Source: an uncultured Spirosoma sp.
GTDB taxonomy: Bacteria; Bacteroidota; Bacteroidia; Cytophagales; Spirosomataceae
Direction: 5' to 3'
Assembly: GCA_964249775.1 (NCBI GenBank)
Contig: CAXUEB010000009.1
Location: 1-32,832, forward strand
Length of the DNA stretch: 32,832 nt
Part shown: in pieces, positions 17,028-25,809 of the stretch
Numbering within the stretch: the first letter of the stretch is position 1
Layout: the number at the start of each line of letters is the position of its first letter
Position numbers and translations under genes: made by a program
Notes under the pieces: generated by a model
The model's input: the letters and a program-made list of their open reading frames with translations, nothing else
Told to the model about the DNA's origin: nothing
Databases searched by the model: none

Positions 17028-17162
17028 TAATGTACGGGCGAATCACGAATATTGAATCGGTACGCCGACCCGGCCGAATAACCGCTAACGAAATGACACT
17101 CAGTCGTTGTTTCATTAGCGATAGTCGGTGTACAGAAATCCGTCGTTCTTTCCTCTTTCATC

Positions 17163-17855
17163 ATGGACCCCGCTTACCACGCCCTCATCGTTTGCACAAA
17201 TCATACCGATTATCCCACGAAGCCCCACAAAACGGGCTTGTGGCTGAGTGAGGCTACACACTTCTACGACGAACTCGCCGGCCGCAACCTGCCCTACGAC
17301 ATTGCCAGCCCCAACGGCGGGCCGGTGCCGATTGATGAAAAAAGCTTAGAACGACGCGATACGGTCAACGAAAAATGGTACAATGACCCGACGTTTCGGC
17401 AGAAATTAGAAAACTCGTTGCGGCTCGACGAAGTTGAACCAGCCAAGTACCAACTCATCTACTTTACGGGTGGGCACGGCACCATGTGGGACTTTCCGGA
17501 CAACGCGCGTTTGCAGGACATTACCCGGCAGATTTACGAGAACGGGGGCATGGTCGCGGCCGTTTGCCACGGCGTCAGCGGCTTGCTCAACGTGCGGCTG
17601 TCGGATGGTTCTCCCCTGATCGACAACCGGCAGGTAACGGGTTTCTCGAACGTCGAAGAAAAGCTCGTCCGGCTCGACGAAGAAGTGCCGTTCTCGCTGG
17701 AAGACGCCCTGCGCGGTAAGAATGCGCTGTACAGCAAAAGCTTTTTGCCGTTTCTGCCTTACATTGAAGTCGACGAGCGTTTAGTGACGGGTCAGAATCC
17801 GCTGTCGGCGCGAAAAGTAGGCCGGAAGGTAATCGAAGAAATGTACGAGAAGTAA
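17163..17855 (+). CDS. DJ-1/PfpI (type 1 glutamine amidotransferase-like, Hsp31/glyoxalase III-like) protein
   Basis: TGLWLSEATH, ASPNGG, GGHGTMWDFP, AVCHG, VTGFS, LVTGQNP. Confidence 0.92.
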   Translation: MDPAYHALIVCTNHTDYPTKPHKTGLWLSEATHFYDELAGRNLPYDIASPNGGPVPIDEKSLERRDTVNEKWYNDPTFRQKLENSLRLDEVEPAKYQLIYFTGGHGTMWDFPDNARLQDITRQIYENGGMVAAVCHGVSGLLNVRLSDGSPLIDNRQVTGFSNVEEKLVRLDEEVPFSLEDALRGKNALYSKSFLPFLPYIEVDERLVTGQNPLSARKVGRKVIEEMYEK

Positions 17856-17861
17856 GCCGAC

Positions 17862-18407
17862 TTAAACGACGGCGTGCGGAAACAACTCCCGAAACGGCTT
17901 CAACTGTAAATCCTTGTCCGAGACAATCGGCCGGTCGACGCCCCAGTTGAGGCTCAGGTCGGGGTCGTTCCAAAGAATCCCCGATTCGGCGTCTTTGTGG
18001 TAAACGTTGGTGCACTTATAGCTGAAAACACTGTCTTCCAGCGCCACAAAGCCGTGGGCAAATCCTTCGGGAATGTAAGCCATGTTGGCCAGCCGAGCGT
18101 CGAGCAGAAAGGTTTCGTGCTGCCCGAAGGTCGGTGAGTCTTCGCGCAGGTCAACGGCTACGTCGAGCACCTGACCGCTGATGACGCGCACTAACTTACC
18201 TTGGGCGTAAGGTTCATTCTGGAAGTGCAGGCCCCGCAGGACGCCCTTGACCGAAAAGGATTGGTTGTCCTGCACGAATTCCATCGGCAGGCCCAGCGAG
18301 GCAAAAAGCGGTTTGTTATACGACTCAAAAAAATAACCGCGTTCGTCTTCAAACACCCGCGGGATTAACTCCATTAAACCTTCGATAGCCGTTTGCCGAA
18401 CTTGCAT
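17862..18407 (-). CDS. rfbC: dTDP-4-dehydrorhamnose 3,5-epimerase
   Basis: DERGYFFESY, FVQDNQSFS, GVLRGLHFQ, QGKLVRV, DVAVDLR, IPEGFAHGF. Confidence 0.96.
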   Translation of the reverse strand: MQVRQTAIEGLMELIPRVFEDERGYFFESYNKPLFASLGLPMEFVQDNQSFSVKGVLRGLHFQNEPYAQGKLVRVISGQVLDVAVDLREDSPTFGQHETFLLDARLANMAYIPEGFAHGFVALEDSVFSYKCTNVYHKDAESGILWNDPDLSLNWGVDRPIVSDKDLQLKPFRELFPHAVV

Positions 18408-18446
18408 ACGTAGTACTTGTTAGTCGCAATCTGATGCACTCGGCGG

Positions 18447-18483
18447 CAAATTTATGAAACCGAACCAGTAGTTCGTACTTTTG
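18447..18483. promoter_or_regulatory. Divergent -7 promoter boxes for rfbC and pyrF
   Basis: TAAATTTG on minus (18447-18454) and TACTTTTG on plus (18476-18483), both matching TAnnTTTG. Confidence 0.6.
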
Positions 18484-18519
18484 AGCCGACCTATTTCGCC
18501 TTCGGCAAGACTATTCGGC

Positions 18520-19347
18520 ATGACGTACACCGAATTAACGGACCAGATTTTTCGTAAACAATCGTATCTGTGCGTGGGCTTGGATACCGATTTGGGTAAA
18601 CTACCACCCCACTTACTCGCCGAACCCGATCCCGTATTTGCCTTTAACCGGGCCATCATCGACGCCACGGCCGACTACGCCGTGGCTTACAAGCCCAACA
18701 TTGCCTTCTACGAAGCGCAGGGACCGCGGGGTTGGGAAAGTCTGCAAAAAACGCTTGACTACCTGCCCGCCGGTTGCTTTACCATCGCCGACGCCAAACG
18801 GGGCGACATCGGCAATACGTCGGGCCTCTACGCCCGCGCGTTTTTTGAGCCAACGGCCGCTGGGCTGAACTTCGACGCCGTTACCGTCGCGCCCTACATG
18901 GGCCACGATTCGGTGACCCCTTTTCTCGAATACGATGGCAAGTGGGTTATTCTACTGGCGCTCACGTCGAATCCGGGCAGCGCCGATTTTCAGCGGCAGG
19001 GCTTAGGCGAGCAGGAATTGTTTGAGGTGGTTATCCAGACCGCCCAGACCTGGGCCGGACCCGACCGGCTGATGTTCGTGGTCGGCGCGACGCAGGCTGA
19101 CGAGCTAAGCCGAATTCGGGAAATTGCTCCCGACCATTTCCTGCTGGTGCCCGGCGTCGGGGCGCAGGGCGGATCGCTGGCGGAGGTGTCGCGCTGGGGC
19201 CTGATGGCGGCTGGTGGATTGCTGGTCAACGCGTCGCGCAGTATTCTGTACGCGTCCAGCGGGCCGGATTTCGCCGAACGAGCGGCCGAGGAAGCGCAGA
19301 CGCTGCAACGGGAAATGGCCGGCTACCTAAAAAGTTTACGGTCGTAA
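18520..19347 (+). CDS. pyrF: Orotidine-5'-phosphate decarboxylase
   Basis: LCVGLD, YKPNIAFYE, DAKRGDIGNTS, LTSNPGS, VVGAT, LVPGVGAQGG. Start placed at ATG 18520. Confidence 0.96.
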   Translation: MTYTELTDQIFRKQSYLCVGLDTDLGKLPPHLLAEPDPVFAFNRAIIDATADYAVAYKPNIAFYEAQGPRGWESLQKTLDYLPAGCFTIADAKRGDIGNTSGLYARAFFEPTAAGLNFDAVTVAPYMGHDSVTPFLEYDGKWVILLALTSNPGSADFQRQGLGEQELFEVVIQTAQTWAGPDRLMFVVGATQADELSRIREIAPDHFLLVPGVGAQGGSLAEVSRWGLMAAGGLLVNASRSILYASSGPDFAERAAEEAQTLQREMAGYLKSLRS

Positions 19348-19440
19348 GTGTACCACTCCGGGTTGTTGTGTATCTTTCACCGCTCGCGGCATGAAAAACG
19401 CCCAACCGTAAACCTGTGAACCGAAACCCGTTTGCCCGCC

Positions 19441-20754
19441 GTGCCCGAAACCTTTCTGTACTTTCTTTGGCAGTACCAGTATTTTAGCAAACTTGATCTA
19501 ACGACCACCGACGGCGAACCCGTGCGGGTGCTTCATCCCGGTTTCCGCAACTACGATTCAGGACCCGATTTTACCAACGCCCGCTTGCTCATCAACGACG
19601 TTGAATGGGGAGGAACCGTTGAGATGCACACGCGAACGTCGGATTGGCTGGCCCACCGCCATCAGTACGACCGCGCCTACGACAACGTGATTCTGCACGT
19701 GGTCTGGCAGGACGACCAAACGGCGACGGGCCGCACCGTTGAACGCACCAACGGAACGCCCCTGCCCACGCTTGAACTCGCCCCGCTGACCGACTCCGCC
19801 TTGATCGACCGCTACGCCCGGCTAACCGATTCGCCCGACCCGATTCCGTGCGCTGGCCAATTTCGGTCGGTGCAGCCCTTGCGGTTAACGTCGATGCTGG
19901 ACAAAGCGATGCTGCAACGCTTGGAGCGCAAAGCCGCGGGTGTTCGGACGGTGTTTGAACAAACGGGTGGTGATTGGGAAGAAACGGCTTACCGATTGCT
20001 GGCCATGAACATGGGCTTTAAGATTAACGCCGAGCCGATGGCACAACTCAGCCGGGCTGTTCCGCTGAAGGCTTTGCTTAAACACCGCGACGTGCTTTTT
20101 CAGGCCGAGGCCATGCTGTTCGGCGCGGCTGGCCTGCTCGAAGCCGACGAGCTGCATCAGGGCCGGGAAACAACGGACGAGTACGTAACGACCTTACAAC
20201 GCGAGTACCGGTTTTTGGCGGCTAAGTATCAGTTAACCGATAAACAGGTAGCGGCCCACGCCTGGAAGTGGGGACGGCTGCGACCCGCTAATTTTCCAAC
20301 GCTGCGGCTGGCTCAGTTGGCTAAACTGTTAACGTACCAAGCGAGCCTGTTCTCGCTGTTCGTCGGCACGAGCGACGCCGAGTCACTGCTGCGTTCGCTG
20401 CAATTAACGCCGTCGGAGTATTGGCAAACGCATTACCGCTTCGGCAAGTCAACCGATAAAGCGGCCCCAACGTTGGGCCGAAACTCCGCCGAAAATATTG
20501 TTATCAATACGGTTGTACCGTTGCTGGCGGCTTACGCCCATCACCGGGGTCAGCCCGCTTACGTCGACCGGGCGATTGCCCTTTTGGAGCAGCTACCAGC
20601 CGAGAAAAATCACCTGACCGACGACTGGAACGAACTGGGTCTGGGCGTCCGCACGGCGTTCGATTCACAGGCGGCAATCGAACTACACAACGAGTACTGC
20701 GTTCTTAAGAAGTGTCTGAGTTGCCAAATCGGGGCGGGCTTGTTGAAGGCGTAG
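19441..20754 (+). CDS. DUF2851 family protein
   Basis: ETFLYFLWQ, GPDFTNA, VEMH..SDWLAHRH, YDNVILHVV, RLRPANFPTLRLAQ, YC..KKCLSCQIG. Start placed at GTG 19441. Confidence 0.9.
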   Translation: MPETFLYFLWQYQYFSKLDLTTTDGEPVRVLHPGFRNYDSGPDFTNARLLINDVEWGGTVEMHTRTSDWLAHRHQYDRAYDNVILHVVWQDDQTATGRTVERTNGTPLPTLELAPLTDSALIDRYARLTDSPDPIPCAGQFRSVQPLRLTSMLDKAMLQRLERKAAGVRTVFEQTGGDWEETAYRLLAMNMGFKINAEPMAQLSRAVPLKALLKHRDVLFQAEAMLFGAAGLLEADELHQGRETTDEYVTTLQREYRFLAAKYQLTDKQVAAHAWKWGRLRPANFPTLRLAQLAKLLTYQASLFSLFVGTSDAESLLRSLQLTPSEYWQTHYRFGKSTDKAAPTLGRNSAENIVINTVVPLLAAYAHHRGQPAYVDRAIALLEQLPAEKNHLTDDWNELGLGVRTAFDSQAAIELHNEYCVLKKCLSCQIGAGLLKA

Positions 20755-20764
20755 AAAAGGCATA

Positions 20765-20829
20765 AGGGGTAAAAGGGGTAGGGTGTAAGTACTGGCATCA
20801 GCTACTTATACCCTACCCCTTTTATCCTT
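20765..20829. terminator. Long bidirectional terminator hairpin
   Basis: AAAAGGGGTAGGGTGTAAGTA / TACTTATACCCTACCCCTTTT, extendable to about 27 bp with G-U pairs, between convergent genes. Confidence 0.8.
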
Positions 20830-20832
20830 CTG

Positions 20833-22158
20833 TTAACTCACCACTACGTCCTGCTTTTTATCGTCGTACGTAACGCGTTTGCCAGTGTGCAGGGCCATCG
20901 TCGCCATGATATTGGCCATCGAATGGTTGTAACCAACCCGGGCGGGCGCGTTCGGCTCCTTACGGCTGCGTACGCACTCCATCCAGTTGCGCATGTGCAG
21001 CGAGGTCATCGGATCGGAGCCGGTGTTGGCGTCCGTGGCCATCTTGCCCATGCTTTTCAGTTCCATCGTTGGCAGCAGGTTGGCGTCCATGTTCATCTCT
21101 TTGGCGTACTTAGCCTCCAAGCCACCCTCCGGCGTAATCTTATTCGTGTCGAGGTTAATCATGCCGCCATTCGAGTAGTAATACTCTTTGGTGCCACCCG
21201 CTTCGTTGTGCATCCGCGAGTGGTAACTCACCTGAAAGCCTTTCGTTTTGTCTCCATCCGGACCGTAGTCAAACACCGCCGTAAACGTGTCGGGGTTCAC
21301 GCGGCCGTCTTTCCAAACATACACGCCCCCGTTGGCCACGACGCTGCGCGGGTGATCGTACCCACTGAACCAGTGCACTGTATCGATTTGGTGCGACATC
21401 CACTGTCCCGGAATACCCGACGAATACGGATAGAATAGCCGGTATTCGAGGTACTTGCGCGGGTCCCAATCGACCATCGGGCGGTTCAGCAGGTAGCGTT
21501 TCCAGTCGGTGTCTTCCTTTTTGATTTCGGCGACCAACTTCGGCCGACGCCAACGGCCGGGTTGGTTAACGTTCCAGGTCATTTCGACCATTGTAATGTC
21601 GCCAAACTTACCTGACCGGATAAATTCATTGGCCGCGTGGTAGTTCGGGGCCGAGCGTCGCTGCGACCCGACCTGCACAATCTTTTTGCTTTTCTCAACG
21701 GCCTTCAGGGCCTTGCGGGCGTCTTCGAGCGACTCGGCAAAGGGTTTCTCGACGTACACATCACGGCCCGATTCAACGGCGTCGGCGCAATGAATGGCGT
21801 GCTGAAAATCGGCCGTACTGATAATGACCGCGTCTACGTCTTTGCGGTCGAGGAGTTCGTCGTTATTGCGCGCTTTGAAGAAGGCGCTGTCGTTCCAACT
21901 TTTGCCTTTCAGGTACTGTTCGGCTTCGTCGCGCCGGCGGCTCCAGATGTCCGACACACCAACGAAAGCAAAGTTCATCTCCTTGGCGTGATTCATGAAC
22001 GACGGGGCGAGCGACTGCCGGAACCGATCTGAGAAGCCAATGATGCCTACCCGGACGCGTTCGTTCGCGCCAAGGATGCGGGCGTAGCTGCCGGCTGAGA
22101 AGCTCATGCCCAAGCCGGCCAGTGTTGATTTCTTGATAAACTCTCTGCGCGTTTCCAT
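20833..22158 (-). CDS. Tat-exported Gfo/Idh/MocA family oxidoreductase
   Basis: TRREFIKK twin-arginine signal; VRVGIIG, DAVIIST, DVYVEKP, VQVGSQRRS, GQWMSHQID. Confidence 0.92.
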   Translation of the reverse strand: METRREFIKKSTLAGLGMSFSAGSYARILGANERVRVGIIGFSDRFRQSLAPSFMNHAKEMNFAFVGVSDIWSRRRDEAEQYLKGKSWNDSAFFKARNNDELLDRKDVDAVIISTADFQHAIHCADAVESGRDVYVEKPFAESLEDARKALKAVEKSKKIVQVGSQRRSAPNYHAANEFIRSGKFGDITMVEMTWNVNQPGRWRRPKLVAEIKKEDTDWKRYLLNRPMVDWDPRKYLEYRLFYPYSSGIPGQWMSHQIDTVHWFSGYDHPRSVVANGGVYVWKDGRVNPDTFTAVFDYGPDGDKTKGFQVSYHSRMHNEAGGTKEYYYSNGGMINLDTNKITPEGGLEAKYAKEMNMDANLLPTMELKSMGKMATDANTGSDPMTSLHMRNWMECVRSRKEPNAPARVGYNHSMANIMATMALHTGKRVTYDDKKQDVVVS

Positions 22159-22162
22159 ATGC

Positions 22163-22225
22163 GTAAGGGCGGGTCTCCAGACCCGTTGAGTTACAGTCTA
22201 AAATGGGTCTGGAGACCCGTTGCTC
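22163..22225. repeat. Inverted REP-like doublet (REPIN-type)
   Basis: GTAAGGGCGGGTCTCCAGACCCGTT ... AATGGGTCTGGAGACCCGTTGCTC; each unit has an internal GGGTC-N4-GACCC palindrome. Confidence 0.7.
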
Positions 22226-22964
22226 ATAAAGGCTTTACTTTGATATTGCGGTACGACACCTGATCGCCGTGGTCCTGTAGGAGAATATGGCCCTTGGGCG
22301 CTTCCCCGAACCGGCCGTTCGCGTTGTATTCCGGGGCTTTGTACTTGCTCATTGCCACTAAACTGCGGAAGGCTTCACTACCGCGCTCGTACTCGACTAC
22401 TTTTTTACCGTTCAGGTAATGTTCAACGTGCGTTCCTTTCGACATGACCCGGCCGGTGTTCCATTCCCCAATGGGGTTGACGCGCTTGTTTTTCGCCGTC
22501 ATCAAATCATACAGCGATCCCACTGTCCGGTTGCCGTCGCGCCCCATCTTCGCGTCGGGGTGCTTAGCATCGTCTAAGACTTGAAATTCTAAGCCAAAGG
22601 CCGATCCTTTCGGTTTGGGCGACTGTTCGGCTACGAAGTATTTAACGCCACTGTTTGCACCTTCGCTGAGTTTAAAATCAAACGTCAGGTCGAAGTCGCT
22701 GTACTCGTCGGTCGTCACAATGTCGCCGAAGCTTTGCGATTCCGAGCCGTCTGACTTTTGAATCACGAGCAAACCATTTTCCACCGACCAACCGCGTTCG
22801 GGAAATTTGTCCTGATAAGCCCCGCGCCAGCCGGCGGTTGTCTTACCGTCGAAGAGCAGTTTCCAACCCTCGCGCTTTTCTTTGTCGGTAAGCGTGTTCG
22901 GCGCGGGTGGTCCGTCAAAGGCGAGTAAGCTCAGCAGAATGCCGGATAAAAGCAGTCGTTTCAC
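22224..22964 (-). CDS. DUF1080 family exported protein (3-keto-glycoside hydrolase/lyase)
   Basis: Signal peptide; EGWKLLFDGKT..GW, ANSGVKY, EFQVLD, GSLYDL, GEWN, VEHYLNG, GHILLQDHG, YRNIK. GTG start overlaps the upstream TGA. Confidence 0.92.
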   Translation of the reverse strand: MKRLLLSGILLSLLAFDGPPAPNTLTDKEKREGWKLLFDGKTTAGWRGAYQDKFPERGWSVENGLLVIQKSDGSESQSFGDIVTTDEYSDFDLTFDFKLSEGANSGVKYFVAEQSPKPKGSAFGLEFQVLDDAKHPDAKMGRDGNRTVGSLYDLMTAKNKRVNPIGEWNTGRVMSKGTHVEHYLNGKKVVEYERGSEAFRSLVAMSKYKAPEYNANGRFGEAPKGHILLQDHGDQVSYRNIKVKPL

Positions 22965-23893
22965 AGCGGAAATTTTAGCGTTTTTGTGATGTAATCTTTG
23001 TTAATCTGCGCGCACTGAGCCGCGGTCTTGTCGGTCTCCGGAACGCCATCCAGCTCTACGACGCCCCAGCCTTTAAACTTGATGGCGTCTAACGCGGCAA
23101 ACACCGCCGGCACGTCGACGTTACCCCGGCCGAGTTCAACGAACTTATACGCTTTTGGGTCGTCGGGCTTATCGGGGCGGGGCGACATCGTGTCCTTCAA
23201 GTGCAGGGCGTACAACATGTCTTTGTACTGCTTGACCGCCTTTTCGGGCTGACCGCCACCCTGCCGATAGTGGGCAATGTCCAACAGCAGTTTGGTATAC
23301 TTGGGGTTCATAGCCTGCACAATCACGTCAACTTCTTCGGGCGTTTCGCCGAGTTGGTTCATGTGGTTGTGGTAAGCCGTCTGTACGCCCAGATCGGCTG
23401 TTTGCTCACCGATTTTGTTCATTACCGCGGCCAATCGCTTTAATTCTTCGGTCGTTGGCAAGCGGTCTTTTTGGCGAAGCGTATTGGTCAGTTGAATGGC
23501 CGAACCACCCAGCGCCTTCACAAAACTGGCGTGGGCGACGTGCGTGTCGATGGTACTTTGCTCTTTGGCCGGATCAATCTCGACGTTGCCGCTCGAAAAC
23601 ATGGCCAGCGTCAGCTTGTGCCCATCGAGCAAAGCCTTTAACTCGGACGGCTTGGCTTTGTACGGCCCGAACGCATTGGCCCGGAGTTGAATGCCCCGGT
23701 AGCCAAGCGCCGACAGATCGGCAATGGCTTGCGCGTCGTTGCCGCCCCAGGTGATGGCTGAGTAGCCGATTCTAAGCCCTGTCGGGGCCGTGCTAATCCA
23801 CGAAGCGGCCGGTGAGTCCGTTGCGGCACCGAGTGCCAAAACCGACAAGCCGGCCGTGGTCAGAAACTGTCGTCGGGTGACAGACTCTTGCAT
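22961..23893 (-). CDS. Tat-exported sugar phosphate isomerase/epimerase (AP_endonuc_2 TIM barrel, IolE-like)
   Basis: TRRQFL signal; GYSAITWG, YHNH, LLDIAH, LHLKD, ELGRGNVD, VVELD. Confidence 0.9.
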   Translation of the reverse strand: MQESVTRRQFLTTAGLSVLALGAATDSPAASWISTAPTGLRIGYSAITWGGNDAQAIADLSALGYRGIQLRANAFGPYKAKPSELKALLDGHKLTLAMFSSGNVEIDPAKEQSTIDTHVAHASFVKALGGSAIQLTNTLRQKDRLPTTEELKRLAAVMNKIGEQTADLGVQTAYHNHMNQLGETPEEVDVIVQAMNPKYTKLLLDIAHYRQGGGQPEKAVKQYKDMLYALHLKDTMSPRPDKPDDPKAYKFVELGRGNVDVPAVFAALDAIKFKGWGVVELDGVPETDKTAAQCAQINKDYITKTLKFPL

Positions 23894-24022
23894 AGAGGGG
23901 TTTAGTGATAGCCAGTATAAGCAGCGAGGTACTTACTGACGGTTAGCATTACCATTCGTTCACAGACGAACATCAGCAGAGCAAAGGCAGAAAGCAAAGA
24001 AATCTACTTGACGATCCATAAT

Positions 24023-24056
24023 AAAAAAATCGGCCGAACGGTTAGTCCGGCCGATT
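24023..24056 (-). terminator. Intrinsic terminator after susD
   Basis: AATCGGCCG / CGGCCGATT stem followed by a U-run on the minus strand. Confidence 0.75.
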
Positions 24057-24079
24057 CTGTATCATATTAAGCAAGGTAA

Positions 24080-25744
24080 TTAGTATCCCGTATTCTGCGG
24101 GAAGTTTTGAGGACCACCGGCCGTGCGGTCGATTTGGTCCTGCGGAATGGGACGCAACACGTGATAACTCTGGATGTTTGGTCCTCCGTCGGGATTGTGT
24201 GCTTTCACCCGCTCGACTAACTTGCCCATCCGCTTCAAATCAAACCAGCGAAACATTTCGCCGGCCAGTTCGCGGTCGCGCTCGTCTAAGATAAAGTCGA
24301 TGTTGACCTGCGTGGGCGTAATTTCCATTTGCGCCTGCCGGCCCGACCAGGCCGCCCGACGACGTACCACGTTGATGGCATCGGCCGCTTCTTGTAACTT
24401 ACCCAGTTTGAACTGCGCTTCGCTCAAAATCAGGTACGTTTCGGCTAAGCGGAACATCAGAAAATCGCGGCTACCCTGCTCATAGGTGCGGTCGGGACGG
24501 AGAGGGTCCAGAAATTTCCGCAACACCGGAAACAGGTTAGCCCGGTAGTTGCTCGGCACCAGCACCTGGTATTTACGTTTCGCGCGCTCGGCTTTGGACA
24601 TCTCGAATCCAGGAATGAAAATAGTCGTGTCGCCCGCGGCAAACGTAACGGTGGTTTTTGAATCGTCGAATACGTTGGTGTACGTACCGGGCCGGTTACT
24701 GAGCCAGGTGTCCTGAAACGTTTTCTTGTAGCGCGAATCGTTAACCCGATTGGCTTGGGCAAACACCGTTTCGAGCATGTACGTCGTGGGACGGTAGCGT
24801 TTGAACGGTCGGCCGTACTGTACGTCACGCTGCATCCCCGCCTGTACATCGTATTCCATGCCGTAGTACAGGTGCGTCTGGTTGCCAATGCCGTTGGTCA
24901 GCGGGTCGGAGGTGTACTGCGTCGCGAAAATCACCTCGCTGTTGATTTCACCCGCCCCCTGCACGAACACGCTGGCAAAGTCGGGCAGCAGCGCATAGCC
25001 GTAATTCTTGATTACGTTCGTGGCGTAGGTAGCGGCTTTGGCGTAATCGTCGGTTGCGGCTGCCTCCGAGGTGGCTTTAGTCAGGTACACGCGGGCCAGC
25101 AGGTGCTCGGCGGCTCCTTTGTTGGCCCGGCCGTAGTTAGCGGCATCCACGCTGTTGGGTAGGTCAACTAAGGCCGCTTCTAAATCGCTCGTAATTTGCG
25201 CGTAAACGTCTTTAACCGAAGCCCGCGTAAACTCTTTCTTCGGCTCCAGATTCCCCTGCGTTACCAACGCCACGGGACCAAAGGTTTGCACCAGCACGAA
25301 ATAATGGTGCGCCCGCAGAAACTTCATTTCGGCCACCCGGCGCTTTACCAGCGCGGGATCCAAGCCCGGCACGGTAGCCGCGTTGTCAATGACGATGTTC
25401 ATCGTATTGATACCGACGTAAAAGTTGTTCCAGAAGTCGCGCAAGATGTCTACGCGGGCATCGAACTGCGATAAGTACTGGTTCATGAACTTGTAAGCGC
25501 CGTCGGCTCCCTGCGTGTACGTATCGGTGCCAAACACGGTCAGGTTCATACCGATTTCGCGGCCGTAGAAGTTCCGCAGCGTCGAATAAGCTGCCCGCCC
25601 GGCCGCTTCAAAACCGGCCGCCGAATTGATATACTGCGCACCCACTTGTGAGACGGGTACTTCTTCCAGCACATCGGTGCACGACTGACCCCCAAACAAG
25701 AGGGATGCGGCCAGCAAATATTTTACGGAATGAATTGGTTTCAT
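24080..25744 (-). CDS. susD: RagB/SusD family nutrient-binding outer membrane lipoprotein
   Basis: Lipobox GQS-C; AEMKFLRA, FGPV, GRANKGAA, FRLAETYL, ILDERDRELAGE.FRWFDLKR, RPIPQ, QNTGY. Confidence 0.94.
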   Translation of the reverse strand: MKPIHSVKYLLAASLLFGGQSCTDVLEEVPVSQVGAQYINSAAGFEAAGRAAYSTLRNFYGREIGMNLTVFGTDTYTQGADGAYKFMNQYLSQFDARVDILRDFWNNFYVGINTMNIVIDNAATVPGLDPALVKRRVAEMKFLRAHHYFVLVQTFGPVALVTQGNLEPKKEFTRASVKDVYAQITSDLEAALVDLPNSVDAANYGRANKGAAEHLLARVYLTKATSEAAATDDYAKAATYATNVIKNYGYALLPDFASVFVQGAGEINSEVIFATQYTSDPLTNGIGNQTHLYYGMEYDVQAGMQRDVQYGRPFKRYRPTTYMLETVFAQANRVNDSRYKKTFQDTWLSNRPGTYTNVFDDSKTTVTFAAGDTTIFIPGFEMSKAERAKRKYQVLVPSNYRANLFPVLRKFLDPLRPDRTYEQGSRDFLMFRLAETYLILSEAQFKLGKLQEAADAINVVRRRAAWSGRQAQMEITPTQVNIDFILDERDRELAGEMFRWFDLKRMGKLVERVKAHNPDGGPNIQSYHVLRPIPQDQIDRTAGGPQNFPQNTGY

Positions 25745-25809
25745 ACTAACAATGGAAGATTAGGTTGATCCGAAAAATTCGGACGGTCTGCCGTAGCGGT
25801 TTCACGTAA

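Noticed and set aside
3404-18407. A capsule/O-antigen locus made of GT4, acyltransferase and rfbC
   Set aside because: The genes are dispersed among housekeeping genes, with no rfbABD, wzx/wzy or wza.
22163-22225. CRISPR mini-array or IS terminal repeats
   Set aside because: Only two units, inverted rather than direct; no cas or transposase gene and no target duplication seen.
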